From contig JBEUKZ010000061.1 of NCBI GenBank assembly GCA_048128005.1, positions 62,001 to 126,000 on the forward strand: 64,000 bases of DNA, written 5' to 3'. This DNA is from Veleropilina oligotropha (Eukaryota). Position numbers and translations under genes: made by a program. Shown piece by piece: positions 7,619 to 23,042 of this stretch (position 1 is its first letter; every line of letters starts with the position of its first letter). The notes under the pieces were generated by a model that was not told where the DNA came from, did not search any database, and was given only the letters and a program-made list of their open reading frames with translations.

Positions 7619-9868
7619 CTAGGGCCGAGGCTTCCCTATCCCGCTCTGCTTGCGGGATTTCGCTGGAGGTGCTTGCCTCTTTGGAGTGGGTTTATTGGCC
7701 GGAGGCCTACCACCCGAAGAGGGCTTCGCACGCTTAGAAGGCTTCGGGGCCGGGGTGGGCCCGGAGCGCTTCTTCGAGTTGGCAGGTGGACCCCGGGTGG
7801 GGAGCAGTACTGCCTTCTCGATGGCACGGTCCTTAATGTCCGCCGCTCTCTTGTCAACAAACTCCGTGAAGTTGTCACCAAAGAGAGTGGTGGCCGAGCA
7901 AGGTACGCATCGCAACGAGCGCCGGGTGGGCTCGTCCAGCGAGGTACCTTCCAGGCAAGCATCCCTACGAAGTAGGAGGGCATTGCCCAGGACACGTCCC
8001 GTCTCCAACGCGCTGGTCTCCTGCGCGGCAGCAACCTCCTGGAGGAAGGACAGGGCAGCCTCGGTGGCGCCGGGTCCATTCTCCTGTAATACGGCTATCG
8101 CCCCGTCTAGGAAAAAATCCTGAACGGACGATAGCCGCAGAGCCCGTCGGGCGGAGCTCTCGAAAGCTTCCAAGGCGGACCAAGGAACTTTCGCTACGGA
8201 GGGAGTGTGACTGGCGGTCAGTCGACGCAACGAAGCGTCAACACGAGCCGGCTCAGTCGCCAGGCACGGGCCAGTGCATTCGAACGGGATCGCTCGAGTA
8301 CTGGCCCGGAGGTACCTCCCACTACGGAACCCCGAAGGGAACTCGTTCAGCGGGGAGGACTCCACCGGATTGCGCCCCTGAACGAGCTTGGTGATCGAGT
8401 CTACAACAAGATCCACCAGCCAGGACTGAGGTAAGGAGGGGAGCTCGGGGGCTTCCCTCGCAACAAACCGATGTGCTGCCGTCCTATGCTTGGCTACGTC
8501 TACAGCCGACCGAGTCGGTTCCGACAAGCCAAGCACCCCGCGAAGTGACGCAACAGCGTCGAGCCTTCGGCGGGTGGAGGAGGTCGGCTCCTGCGTGCCT
8601 GTAAGACTAATGTCTTCGGACCCGACCGATTCAGGGAGGTCGGTGTGATTTGAACAGAGATCCTCGTCGGAACGAGGGTCGATGTCTATCACTGAGGCAG
8701 GAGCCGTGCTCTGCGCCATGGGCAGAAGTGTAGGTACCAGGTGCGGCTCGGGAGCCGTCGGCCAGGCCTTACACCGTTCCTCGATCCCTGCCGCGATCCA
8801 TGCCTGGACGTTCTCAAAAGAGAAACCCGGAGGCAGGACGGGCGACGAACTAACAGCCGGTAGTTCTGTCGAGGTAACCGTGGCGCTAGGTAGACGGGCT
8901 GCATTGACAGGTCGAACCGAGGACCAGGGTCCACGGGCACTTGTCGAGGGGTCGAACCCGAAGGACTGGCCCGGAGGCGCAGTCAGTGGGCCGGACGACC
9001 GATAGGACTGCGGCAACAGTTCTGATCGGTCTACCACTCTGTTCGAGCGAGGCACGGACGGAAAACCGCCGTAGAACCCCGTCCCGAACGCAGCCGGTCT
9101 GTCCACGTTCTCTAGCGTGACCACGGTGGGTGCACGGGAGAGACCGGGCCCTCTGAATGTCTCGTGAGCTTCGAGGTTGAGCGGAAAACCCCTAGGGGAA
9201 GTCGCATCGTTCTCGACCGAGGATTCAGGTTTCGCCGATTGTCCGAGTCTTAGACCTACAAGTAGGTGCCCGGCCTCTTTAAAGGCTTTCTCTGCATTGG
9301 GTCTGTCACCGTAGGAAGACGGTGAGTTTCCCGCAGAAGGACTAACTGTCCCCTTATTCTTCGAGGCCGAAGAAAAGGATGGGGATGGTCTGCCCTGTAC
9401 AGCTGTTCGCTGCGCTGTCATGTATACCTTGCTAGCCGGCAAGGTATGGCTGACTGCAGCTACTAGGCCCGGTTTAGGAGGATCGGTCGACACTCGGGTC
9501 TTTACCTGAATCTTGGGTACCGGCAAGGTTTCGGTGACTCTCCCAAGAGTCGCGGAGGTTTCGCCGGTGGATCCGGCGACAGACGTCCCCTTGTGTCGGC
9601 TGTCGTCCAGCGTCCCTGAAGCAGACAAAGAAGAAACGTTAGGTAACTTACCGGTCTCTTCCTGACCCTTCTCCTGGGGAGGACCCACCGTGGCAGTCGC
9701 CCTGGTCGACTTACCGTGGTGAGACAGGGTTGCCCACTGCTTATCTGATAGAAGAAAGCACAGATCACATTGATGATGTATACTACAGCTACGGTGAGTA
9801 CAACATTCCTTGTGCCTATCAAATGCGTGAATTTTCTGGTTACACCCGGAGCTACTGCACCGGACCAT
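7619..9868 (-). CDS. DIRS gag-like protein
   Basis: N-terminal CSSSGC...DRHKECCTHRSCS..HQCDLC zinc finger, Ser/Pro-rich middle, LLRRDACL...TLFG motif and basic tail. ATG at 9868. Confidence 0.85.
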   Translation of the reverse strand: MVRCSSSGCNQKIHAFDRHKECCTHRSCSIHHQCDLCFLLSDKQWATLSHHGKSTRATATVGPPQEKGQEETGKLPNVSSLSASGTLDDSRHKGTSVAGSTGETSATLGRVTETLPVPKIQVKTRVSTDPPKPGLVAAVSHTLPASKVYMTAQRTAVQGRPSPSFSSASKNKGTVSPSAGNSPSSYGDRPNAEKAFKEAGHLLVGLRLGQSAKPESSVENDATSPRGFPLNLEAHETFRGPGLSRAPTVVTLENVDRPAAFGTGFYGGFPSVPRSNRVVDRSELLPQSYRSSGPLTAPPGQSFGFDPSTSARGPWSSVRPVNAARLPSATVTSTELPAVSSSPVLPPGFSFENVQAWIAAGIEERCKAWPTAPEPHLVPTLLPMAQSTAPASVIDIDPRSDEDLCSNHTDLPESVGSEDISLTGTQEPTSSTRRRLDAVASLRGVLGLSEPTRSAVDVAKHRTAAHRFVAREAPELPSLPQSWLVDLVVDSITKLVQGRNPVESSPLNEFPSGFRSGRYLRASTRAIPFECTGPCLATEPARVDASLRRLTASHTPSVAKVPWSALEAFESSARRALRLSSVQDFFLDGAIAVLQENGPGATEAALSFLQEVAAAQETSALETGRVLGNALLLRRDACLEGTSLDEPTRRSLRCVPCSATTLFGDNFTEFVDKRAADIKDRAIEKAVLLPTRGPPANSKKRSGPTPAPKPSKRAKPSSGGRPPANKPTPKRQAPPAKSRKQSGIGKPRP

Positions 9869-10826
9869 AGCTAAATACACGGGAGGGTGGACGTGGGTAG
9901 ACGGGGTAGATAAATAGGTATATATATGGTAGTTGAGACTTCTTTCCTTGGAGGGAGTACTACGACAACTCACAGAATTGTCCTGATCTGAAGATTAGAG
10001 ATCAAGCGATATACCGTTATTAAAAACCCCGAACTGGGAACACCGAGGTCGGGTATTTTACCCGACCGACCCGGTAACCCGGCAAATTGACTAAAACAAA
10101 GGGAGGTTATTTCCTTGAAAAAACCGCCCAGAAAAACACCTGAAAACCTCGTGGATGTTTTATGTTAGTACAATGGCGTATTATCCCAGCCACGGCAGGA
10201 TATCAGAAAATTAACGCAAGCTTAATATCAAAAGATCCTGCCTTTTTAACAACGCTAGAAATTTTTTATATATAAATAACCAGCAAATAGCGTTGTTAAG
10301 GAATTATCCAATATAATGAGTTACCTGTTTGCAGTCTCAAACAATATCAGATAATTATACCGACCAGAAATTTCAGCTAACACTCGAAACTTTCCCTCTA
10401 AGCGGCCATCTTTAACGGCCACGGCGTCCTTGACGACGATGTCGGTTTCCTTTGATGTCCAGAACTTCCTCGAAGTTTGAGAATCACTCTTCTTATATTC
10501 ACATGTGTTTTAGATCCACAACACAGGGTTATATTCCACTACTTATATACTATATAAGCAGAAACTGCGCCCTGATTTAACGTGAAATCGGGCGCCTATA
10601 TCGAAATATTTGCGGAGCAAAACAACGTCTTTCCGCGACAGCGGAAAACTTTGAATTGAGGTCTTAGGACTTCTATTGTTCAGAAGTCTCGCGAGACTTG
10701 GCGAAGTCTCACTAAGGAACGTGATGGGATAGGAGCAGGGGAGGTAACCGTGTGCTTTTTTGGCTTATTAACGGTGCATTATGGGACATATTCACCATTT
10801 CCGGTTTGGGCGATAATATACTATTA

Positions 10827-11351
<525 letters not shown>

Positions 11352-13412
11352 CTAAGAGAAAAGAAAAAAAGATAAATATTAGTAAATTTGATGACATGTA
11401 ATTTGTAAGATTCTGTGGGACATAATTGATTAAATCATGAGCAATTATAATAACGAAAAAGTAAATATGTTATATTTTCTAGACGAAATGAAAGAAAAGA
11501 CAGTTACTGTCATTAACATGTACAGCAAGCTAAACTACTTTCAGCAAAATTCAGGTAGAGTACCATAATGCTGCGGTCATAATAGATACTATCATATTGA
11601 CCTATTTATGACCAGCATCAAGCAAACATCACAACTGCATATTTGGTTTGGATATATGCGTTACAAATATTTTAGTGTAACACCAGAATATTACCATACT
11701 ATCAAGGGAGGAAAGCCCAGATACTAAAAAAATAATGCAAATTGTTGGTATTCTGTTCATGATTATCGTGTCTGCTCCATAATCTCGATTTTTAAGACAG
11801 AGGCGAATCATTGTAGGCGAATTCCATTGTGACTTACAGGACATTTAATAATATTTATCAACTTTTAGGATGAATTTTCAATATACATATGATTTAAATA
11901 ACTTTTTCAGTTTAATAATTGCAAAATAGACGTCAAGACGAACCAGAGACATATCTTTGCAGCAGTATTAGACGTCATAAATCAATGTCACGATCAAATA
12001 AAGCCGTTGTGACTTATGGGACAGGATAAATACAAAATTCTCAGAAACTTGCGGATCTTTTCAAATATTATCTAACGAAGTAAATGTCTAGTATATGAAT
12101 GATTTTCTGCACAAACTAGACTAAATTAGCAAACTTTTGATGCTATAAAAAATATCATTTCAAAAGGTTGGATATCCAGAGCCAGCATGTGACTTATGGG
12201 ACATTGAAACGTGACTTATGGGACATTATCTGATTGGCGTCCACTATGGTCATGTTTAATTAGGCTCACACATGTGATGATGTGTCATTGTTTAAGAATA
12301 AATGTTCTAGTATAATTTGTAAATGATCAAAGAGACACACAAAGTGCATTTTGTCATCCATGTATATGAACATAGCGGCACAACACTAAAACTATCACAG
12401 AAAATTTTTAAATGGCAATCTTAATTAATTATAGTAGAATAACTGTGAACAAACAGTTACATCCTTGGGTAACATGAACAATTTAACTGACATCATTGTC
12501 AAACACCAATAGCTCCTGCGCTTAGAGCTACACTAGAATAGGCGCATTATAAATGTATTAAATAATAATAATAATGAAACATCATGAAAATTATTGTCAA
12601 ACTTTGTGACTTATGGGACACATTACAATGTGTACAGTCCTCATGCATTCATGTGGATGACCTAGTCTTCATACCAAATAGCATCTCGCAGCATCGTATT
12701 AATTAAATAACTTTTACCTAGTTGTGTAGGCAGCAGTCATTGGATAGGATAGTGGCCATTCTGCTCACCAATCAATCAATTTGTACATAAAATTGGCCTC
12801 CTTTACAAGATTTTTTCGTGATGTGATATTTCATTAGCCTAATAATTACTAGGCAAAAAGAAGTGCAACCCAATACAACTAAAGAACAGTTTTTGAAAGA
12901 GAAGAGTTAATTTGCAGTATTATGATATGTCATTATTTAATTGACTTAAATTGCAATGTAGGTTATTGTCCCAGTAAACAGCTGGGGCATGTTGGGACAT
13001 GTACATTAATTTTTACCCCTGATCCCCATACAGAGGGTCTGGCTAAAGCCACCCGACTCTCGCCTTGTAATGGACATGTCTGATAAATATGGTTTTACCG
13101 AGCTTAGAACCCCTGTCCTTCAGATCAGTGTCATCAAGGGAGAATGATTTAGCAGCGCAACACGGATCCTATCCTAGTTGACAGTCATATTTATTTGAAG
13201 AGATAATATATCCAATATAATTTCTAAATTACTGAAATTTCATTTGAGAGAATATCAGGACAACATATGGCTGTATTATATGGAGTCTTTATTGTATATG
13301 TATGATATATATCTGGACTAAGGATCATGTTTTCAAGCACAAATTAATACACACATATATCCAAACTACAATGACTGTGACTTATGGGACATTTTAAATT
13401 TGGTAAGTATAA

Positions 13413-13664
13413 GGAGGAGGAGGAATTATGCTTCATGTCCTGTATATTTATAACATCGAGGTTCAAGGCAGGACATGTCCGTGTTATCGCGGGAGGAAAC
13501 CCCGGTCGCCGGGTAAACCCGCCCTCTTCGGCCAGTCACGGACAACTGTGCTTCATAACTTGAACAAATGTGTGCTGCCTCAGCCGGGGGTCGATCCCAC
13601 TACTGTTCGCATCAGCGGAAACAAGCCAGTGAATTTAGAGTGGACACTCTACCCACTGCTCTAC
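13413..13664 (-). mobile_element. tRNA-derived SINE
   Basis: A-box and B-box-like head, (CCT)n tail, TSD GGTAAGTATAA at 13402-13412 and 13665-13675; close copy at 33061-33328. Confidence 0.85.
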
Positions 13665-14098
13665 GGTAAGTATAACGAAGTGAACTGATACAGCGTACAT
13701 TGCCAATAATGAGTTAATATACACGTATGTATGATCAGATATTTATATCTCAATGCTAGCTGCTCAATACTGTTATTTGCATAAGCATTCAGGTCAGACT
13801 CCTTTAGTTGCAACTTTTTCTCCATTGTCACGTGGAATTTGTTTGCACCCTTCCATTTATTATGGTACACTGTTTAATTTCTTCCACCGGACCATGCTTG
13901 GCAAATTCCCTTTAGCATTTAATTATAAAACCGTTTTGCAGTTTATTTCAGCATTGGTATTTAGCAATTGCAACCTCTCTTGTGTAGAAAGGATGACAAT
14001 TAAACAAGATATGGGACAAAATGATGTGACTTATGGGACAATTTAGACATATGATCCAGCACACCATATAATTAAAATAATGTTTAGAATCTAAGTCA

Positions 14099-14644
14099 TG
14101 CCTATATCACAAATACATCGTAAGCAGATACGGCGCCCGTACGATGTGTGTTTTTGAAGATGTCGTACGGTCATCGGCGACATCCTGCGGACATCGGAGA
14201 CATTTTCGCCGATTTTTGGGGCATCGCAGGGTCATCGGCAACTTTTAACGCGGAGTTATAATTTTTAGAAAATCGTACGATTTTGAAATCAGGAACTCAT
14301 CGCAGGCATATCGCAAGGATGCCTTGCGATTACCTTACTCCGTAAGAGATCGTACGTAGCAAGCCCGTACGGCATCCTTACGATGTCGGGACAAACTGCG
14401 AAAGCTGTAAGGTGACCGTAAGGGGATCGCAAGCTGACCTGCGGGAATCGTAATGTAATCTTACGATGTCCGCACGTTTTAACCGCCCGCAAAATTGTGT
14501 TAGCCCGTACGGGCACCGTATCTAATGTGACCACGGCACATACTTTCGCCAGAAACCTACGATTCTTCCCCGATGTCGGGGAAGCCGAGACGCCGTACGA
14601 TTATTCTCCATCGCACGGTGCCCGGTGTATTTGTGACATAGGCA
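14099..14644. mobile_element. MITE, PIF/Harbinger-like
   Basis: TIRs TGCCTATATCACAAATACATCG and CGGTGTATTTGTGACATAGGCA; 3-bp TSD TCA on both sides. Confidence 0.75.
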
Positions 14645-17600
14645 TCACTGGGCACCATCCACGCTAAATTAGATAATTTTGACTTTGAGACTTAAAATGC
14701 AATTTTTGACAAAAAATATTAAACAATGTCTACAAATTTTGTGACTTATGTGACATTTTGTCTACATTGATATGAAAATGTCTTAAATCAAGTAAACTAC
14801 AATAAATACATCATGAAACCAGTTTTTTTATGGATTAAGGTTGTTATGATTAATTATTTTAGACATCAGGTACATTTCTTACAAAATTTTTAGAACCACA
14901 CATATAATTTTTCACATTAAATTAAATAATGGAAAATTTTCTTCAATTGTAGAATTTATCAAAACCTTTATTTTAAGTGTCTATAATTTTAGAATTATGA
15001 TGCTTAGCCAAACAACGAAAACAGTTTTGGAAAGCTTGGTTTCTCTTCTATGGGGTTATGGTAATTTTAACCATTATACAAATACTTTCAAAATATCTTG
15101 AAATGTACCATTACCGTGGAATTAGCCTGTAATCTTTACAACATACTTCTAGGCCTGTGGATAACCGAATTCAACAATCTTGGTCACTGCTTGTGAGTAA
15201 TAATGTGACGTGCTCATTGCCAGAATGAGTCACTCTGCTAGTTGCAATCCCACAGCTGCAGCTAATGACATGATTTATCTGACATTCGCATTACATGAGA
15301 GAAAAACAGTGTTACACACATGCACATTATCGACACAATTAATGGTGGCACAGACTATATATGCACAAATAAAGTCATTAACTGTAATAATGCAACACAA
15401 TTTAATAGCAGAGATTTGCAAATGCAGGAAATTAACAGCAGTAGAAAACAGAGTTTCATGATTGAAACAGATAATCTACTGGTTGCGTAGATGTCATGAC
15501 AAGATGCAGAACCAGATTCTTTTTCATTAGACCCGTTCCGACAATTAGATCAATAACCGGTGTTCTATTTTTTGAATGGGTATCAGAGATTCTGAAGCAT
15601 GTTCACGTGCAGTGATAATGAAGCTAGAACGCTCAGTCACAAGTGATCGCATATGTATCCCCCGGTAATATGACCTATCTAGAACGATCACAAGGAATTG
15701 TGCTTTAAAATCAAAGATGGAGGCTACAGCGGCCATCTTGGTGGTCGGACCACACCCAAAATCTCTATGTGTCGTGTCCTCGCCCAAACCAATGCACATA
15801 CCAAATTTGAAAACATTGTTTCGAAATGGCCTGTCTAGAGCGATCACGAGGAATCTCTCGGCGGTGGCCATCTTGGATGTCGGACCACACCTGTAATCTA
15901 TAAGGCTGTGTTAAATTGATACCTTGTTTCTTGTCCCCTGCGTGCTTTTGTTCACATGTGCCGATTTCACCGCACTGCATTTCAACACAAAAAACATCAT
16001 ACATCGTCATTACATGACCAAGGTCCGCAGTAGGCGGACCGAAACGTCGTAATGGTTTCGCAATTTTTTGTTGCAAAGTAAGTAAATCTATATTTACTAT
16101 TTACTATGTGATTCTTGAAACCATTTATTCCATAGTGGAAAAGTAAACGGAAAATAATTACGTTGGAATCCTGCATATACATGTAGCTCTTTAATTTAAG
16201 CTTTAAAAGTTTCACAATACATATTTTCCCATGCGCGCTAATTTAACACTGCGTCAAGCTTAGCAATGCTCACAAGCAAAGGCATTTGTCGGTCAACTCT
16301 TTCATTCTTGTCTGTAATTAATCAGGCCAAAACGCGACCCACATAGCTTCGCACACAACCGTTTTTCGCAACACTTGTCACGAAGCTAATGCAAACCATC
16401 GATCATCTTCGGTGGTTCACATTCGGAAAAAAATATAGCTGTTGCAAGCTTAAATGTTTGCAAAATGGAGAAAATGTTGAGATTTCGATAGATTTTTGCA
16501 GTAGCCAAAATACACACAAAAATGTCCAACAAATGGAAGCAATATTTCCTTTTGCAATTAGGGAAACGAATTTTGACGTAGAACTGAAATGTCTTCGCAA
16601 ATTTGGTGAAATAACTTTATTTTCCTTTCGCAAATAACAGCACTGAGTCGCAAATTGGGACCGTGCGAGTGTCTAGCGTGAGCGGAGCCACATTGAAGGC
16701 TTTCATTGGCGATTGTTTAGCACCATACAGAATTTGCTATTAATTGAAATCCATTGGAATTATCCAACAAGGAGAGACAAAACGGTTAAAAATATTTGAA
16801 TTAACGGAAAGTAATTAACCAGTAGCAAAAACCCTAGATTGCATATTTCAACATCATATATGGTGCAGTTTATTTGCACTTGACCAAAATAATGTCAACG
16901 ACTTGTATAACATAAAAAATTCCCTTAATTGGCTCATTATTGTAAACATTTTATTACAACAGACAGGGTGACAAAACTCACATAATTGACTGTAAATCGA
17001 AGGCTACATTAAATTCGAATCTAGAAATAATTAGTGGCAAACAAAGATGTTTGGGTAAAATTATATATATAACAAGCTGTCACCTTCAACAGTGTTTTAT
17101 GCCAAAGGTTACTTGAATTATGCGTACTTAAAACTTTAAAATGTGCAAAATACTCTTTAGTATTCGCAGCAACAGGAGTATGTTATAGTCGTTCCTTCTT
17201 GGTATCAGTACTATCTTATCAAACAGCTTGTTATCAAACAATGCAATTAATCCAATGACAATACCACGTTGACACAATCCAAGATTGTGTAGTCGATTCA
17301 TATGCTTGCTGCTGATTTAATCATTACACTATTAAATCATGCTACGATAACAACATCTGATTATTGCAGGTAAAGGACCAATTACAAGCGTAGATAAAAT
17401 CTTATTGACCCAATTCAATTCAGAGTATTTTGCTCATCAAGAACCAGCATCCAGTGACACTGATATGGGCATTACTGAACAACAATTCTAGTTTAAGTTA
17501 TATACAATAACATAAGTATGATATTATACTGTTATATTTGTCAATTGAAGACAATCAAAATGGTAGTTTGCACATTAAGGTTTAAACCTGATGCAATACA

Positions 17601-18424
17601 TTGAATCCTCGTGCCCAAACATTCTCATTAGACACATGGTATGGACGATACTTTTTACATGGTTCGTACAAAAATAGCCACATGAAATTCAAGGACTTTT
17701 CAAGGACTATTCAAGGAATTCACACAAAAATTTCAAGGAATATTTTTTCAATGCAAATCAATATATAATGTATGTGATATATTATATGCAACTTGGAACA
17801 GTGATAATTATAAGTACATGAATAAAAGGCACATTATTCAATTTCGTGTTAAACTTGAATTAAAAATGACTATAATAATGTTAGGTGCGACTTAAGTGCA
17901 CGTTCGCCCATTTTAGCAATGTCGATCGTTTTGTTGCACAACGCGCACATGGCTTTATGTTTGTCCGTTTCTACTTCCCGTATCCACGATGCATATTCCA
18001 CCTGTGCAAGCCACTTTCTATTAAAAATGCATATCCTGTCATATCCGCCATAAATTGTTGATTAAAATTACATTATTTACACGTTATTGACAAAATTGCC
18101 TTCATGATATTTTGCGAATAAAATCGAATCAACAAATTGTCGGTCAAGGGAGACAATTTTTATTGTCAATGTCCGACTGTTTCCGCCATTATCTGCTAGT
18201 GTCGAGACAACGGAAATAAACGAGTCAGTGTTAAACTTGACATTCACAAAAATCGAAGATTTTCGAATCCCTTTATTTTGTCGTAATGCAAATCTGTACA
18301 GAGAAATGGTGACGGACTTCACCGCGAACGAAACCAGACGAAAGTACCATAAAGTTAACTAGCGAATCCTCGACCCAGCAAGTCGAGGGGATGTATCTGC
18401 TCCCACGGTAGCAAAAATCAATAG

Positions 18425-19384
18425 GCACAGTGTCCTCATTATACCAAATTTGAATCAAATCGGATTAGAACTTTTCACTATTGATCGCGCACAAGAAATA
18501 TCTTCAAATAAAATGGCTGCCATGATGGCCATCTTGGATCCGAAACAAACGGAAATCGTTACGCAGCGCGTCTTCATCATAACTAACGTGCATATCAAAT
18601 TTGAATCAAACCGGAAAATAGCTGTACAGCACGCAAAAGAAATCTCTTCAAATAAAATGGCCTGTGTGGCGACAATCTTGGATCCGAAAATCATTAGGTG
18701 GCGTGTCCTCATCATAACTAACATGCATATCAAATCGGATAATAACTTTTCACTGTAGAGCGCGCATAAGAAATCTAATCAATCAAAATGGCTGCCAAGG
18801 CAGCCATCTTGGATCTGAAAATGATGAAAATATTTACGCGGCATGTCCTCATCACAACTAAAGTGCATACCAAATATGAATCAAATCGGATAATATCATT
18901 TCACTGTAGAGCGCACAAAAGAAATCTCGTTAAACAAAATGGCCACCATGGCGGCCATCTTGCCAAATATGAATGAAATCGGATAATAAATTTTCACTGT
19001 AGAGCGCACACAGGAAATATCTCCACGGCGGCCATCTTGTATCAGAAAATGACGAAAATCGTGGCGTGTCCTCATCATAACTGACGTACATACCAAATAT
19101 GAATCAAATCGGATAATAACTTTTCACTGTAGAGCGCACACAGGAAATCTCTCCAAACAAAATGGCCGCCACGGCGGCCATCTTGGATTGGAAAATGACG
19201 AAAATCGTTAGGTGGCGTGTCCTCATCATAACTGACGTGCATACCAAATATGAATCAAATCGGATAAGAACTTTTCACTGCGCACACAGGAAATCTCTCC
19301 AAACAAATTGGCCGCCACGGCGGCCATCTTGGATCGGAAAACCACAAAAATCGTTAGGTGGCGTGTCCTCATCATAACTGACGT
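18425..19384 (-). repeat. Degenerate ~150-bp tandem repeats (central repeats of a HINE-like family)
   Basis: Recurrent AAAATGGCCGCC..GGCGGCCATCTTGGAT / GGCGTGTCCTCATCATAACT. The same unit occurs inverted at ~59700-60190. Confidence 0.7.
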
Positions 19385-20723
19385 CAGCCCTCAATATTTC
19401 GACCTAATTGGTCGCATATGCGACCAATTTTTACCATTGGCGACTAACAAATAATTCCTGGTCGCCAATTGGCGACCTATCTAAAATAACGTTGGCGGCC
19501 GTAAATTCTGCCATTTTATGGCTTTTCAGTGTTGTGACACTCCACTAAGTTATTAAATCAATGTTTCATGAGTTTACTTGGTTCTGTTTATTATAAAACC
19601 ACTATATGTTGTTATCCTGACACTGTCGAAGTTGCATACGGCTGGTGTTACAAAAATTGACCGCCATTTTGGCTTACAAGCCTGAATGCCTATCGCGCAT
19701 TTTCATTGGTCAATGAATAATTGTAGGCCAATCATTTTGCGTGTTATTAACTCATTGTGTACAAACGTCATTTTGTGATGTCGCCCCTAGTGACGTCTTT
19801 ATAGGCTGCTCCCCAGAGCTTGTGTGAGATGACGTCAATTATTGGCTTTGTGCATATAATTCATATCAACTTGGATTAAGTTACATTGTATGAATAAAGC
19901 TATGTATCATTTCTGTGTTGGTACAAGCTGAATAAAGACTACTTTATTTATGTTTAGTTACTGTTTTCATGTTTCAATCAAGTCATTTGTATCAGATTAT
20001 ACATATTATTTTAGTATGCTTGGCCAACTTTAGGGTGGGGGGCGCGCGCCGGGTGCGCCCCCCACTGGATCCGTGCCTGAATTTCAAGTTTATTTTATCA
20101 TGTCATGTGATCTGGGAAACTGAATTACAATACATCAGGGAGCCATTTTGATTGAAATGAAAATTTCCCATTTGCTGTTCTGTTCAGACTCACTCTCGCC
20201 AGTGTCAGATTTATTACTGCTATTCGCTGCCATTCAGAAAAAAAAATTGGATATATTTGACTGCGACATAATGTCACATATCGTGAAACGGCGAAGTCTT
20301 CAAATTGCATTGCGATTTCGATAGGCTTTACGCTGAGGTCAAAAAGTAGAACGCTCGTTATTTTCCGTCAGTTCTCGGGATATATTGTGCCAGTTGCCAC
20401 GATGTTTGACGGAGTATTGCGAGCAATTCTCCGATTTGGATATGGCAATGAATAAGCTTGCTCGAAGCAAGCGGGAACGCTGAAAGTCCCTAACAACCTC
20501 ACTTGGATAATCAGTCGATAGCATAACTAATATATACCTTATAGTTTTAATCTATAAAATGTGCAAAGATAGCAAGTCATACACTGATTAATTTGGGATT
20601 TATTTATAGGTCGCACAGCCTAAAACGATATACGTGCGCAATGAGACTGTGAATTTATTTTTGGTCGCAAACATTAAAATCAAGTCGCAAACGCGACCAA
20701 AGTGGTCGCACTGTCGAGCACTG
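19385..20723. mobile_element. Possible hAT-like non-autonomous element
   Basis: Imperfect ends CAGCCCTC... and ...GAGCACTG with GGTCGC/GCGACC subterminal repeats at both ends. No TSD seen. Confidence 0.35.
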
Positions 20724-23042
20724 TTAACAATTGTAAATAGCAGCAATATATTTCAGTATTTATCACTTTCAGTTTGAAAAAATATTACAAGATGAAAATG
20801 GTGTGTTAACATGGAATTATTTTATATTTATTACTAAATTATTGAATTATTTCGGATGTTAGCTTTTAAGTTAATCAGGAAATTTTTCACCCATTCGTAA
20901 GTTACTCACTGAATGTTTAAATTAATGGGCGTCGGCTACTAAAAATCGCGCACCGATTTATTTACCCAAATCCAGCACCGTGATATTTTCTCAAAATCGT
21001 TCACTATGATACTTCTTGCGATCAGAAAATATACCTCACAGGCATTATTATTTCAGATATAGATGGAAACTATTTTTGGGTACCGTTGAATTGGATCAAC
21101 GGAACCCGACAGTTAACTATTTTTGGGTACTGCACATCTTAAATGTGGGAACCTTTTTTGACCTGTTTGCATGTATTTCAATATAAATTGCACATGCAAC
21201 GTGTGACTATTGAATCCTGAGAGTAAATCTGATAAATCTATGCAATCCAATTTTAAAATGGTGGATGAAAGGATATTTAAGGACATTATGGCAACAATAT
21301 TTCAGTTATAAATGAGGTGTAGATGATATGAATTCCATGCTTAGCACATAATAAGTTAACGTGAAAAGAAAAACTCCATAGCTCTGAGACACTCAGCGAT
21401 TGTCTAAGGCATTTATATAGTCCAGCATACCATACATACAGTTTCGAAGAAAATCAAATGAAATTGTCAAATATAATGCAAATGGATATTATCTACGAAG
21501 TCAAACAAAAGTACTGTTTCCCTAATAAATATGCTTGAACTTAACATGTTATTGCACAAAAATGATAAATTATGCCCCAAAATGTCGAAATATTGCGATT
21601 ATGCGGTCCCTTCTAAATTATGCAAATTGCATAACCGCAGAGTCTATTTATTTAGTATACAAGGCCCTCACCATATAATACAAATATGTACAAGTTTTGC
21701 AACGAATTTCTAAAATATTTCTGTCTTCATTACACTTGACGTCGAAGTCACTGCTGCTTGCTCATTTTCGGAAAGTTTTCAGCGAAATGGGATTCACTTT
21801 TCCTCCGTTTAGCAGACGACATTTTATCTGCCTTGCGAGTATACTGTAAACCCCTATATTTTAGCAATTTCTCATATACCTGTACATTAGCGATTTTTAA
21901 TACATATGTTAATTGAGCTTTATTCCATAAAATATTTCGTGGCCTTTTATTTTCTACTTGGACTCGTCCGCGAAATGGAATTCGGCTTTGTTTCCGTGAC
22001 TGGCAATAGCATTGCAATTTCGATTCCGAAGTTGTACGAAGCTAACAATTGTAACGACAACCAAAAAGTGGTATTGACTGTGTACATAGCGGGAAGTGCG
22101 GAAATCGGGCCATGGTTTATACAAGAAAATAAACATTACAGGTGGTAAATATAACAAAGAATTTATTATTTGAGTAACAGTACAATTATCAAAGCACACT
22201 ATTTCAAGTAATCATTCATTAACATTTTTTCGGTAACATACTTTTTACTTCACGGTAGCGGAAGGATCGTTACTGTGAAATTATAAAGCCTGCTTCACTG
22301 TCGGAACACTTTGTTACATTCTGTTACTACGGGACTGTTCGCTGAAATGCACGAGACAAATATAGGTATAGATTTGTCAAGAATAATGGCGTCTCGCAAT
22401 GTTTGTATGTCGAATGTCGAGGTAAATAACTGATGTTACATATTGGAATAAACGTGTTTATTTTATAGCAACTCTCGATTATATCGTATATATATTTATC
22501 GGAGACATTTTATTTCTATTTATATCGAACAAAATAGTGATGGTCGGCTTATGCATAATCGAGTTTACCGACGGTCGCGAAAGTTTAGTGCCGGTTACCA
22601 TCGACCAGCGCCGATCACCGTGGGCAGAACCCTGCTTTAAAATTTTGTGACATATTATCGTCCAGGGACTGTCACTGTGGTATAATTTAACTCACCCAGA
22701 ATTAAACTGCACACTAAGTAACTTATTTACTTGTCTATTCCAGTGCTAGTACACATCCAAGATCCACACATCTTTAGAGATATTCAGTTGTCAAGATATA
22801 TTTAATGATGAAATACAATAATGTGATCTTACCAAATCTTAGAAAAACAAGAATTTAGTCGCAGTGAACTTTGACCTTATTTGACGCTTCATTGTCGCCG
22901 CGATTACTGATATTACGCATCAATCATCGTCTGATGCTATCCATTGTTATTACCTAATGGCGTGCAATGAGTGTGACGACGATAGCGTCGATCTCTGCCT
23001 ATATATAGCGTGTTTATAAACGAAATTGTGTGATTACGAATA

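Larger units (their letters stand above)
11814..15129. mobile_element. Degenerate non-autonomous DNA transposon (Tc1/pogo-like ends)
   Basis: Imperfect TIRs TAGGCGAATTCCA and TGGAATTAGCCTG|TA. The motif GTGACTTATGGGAC recurs at ~12009, 12189, 12211, 12606, 13377 and 14026. Confidence 0.45.
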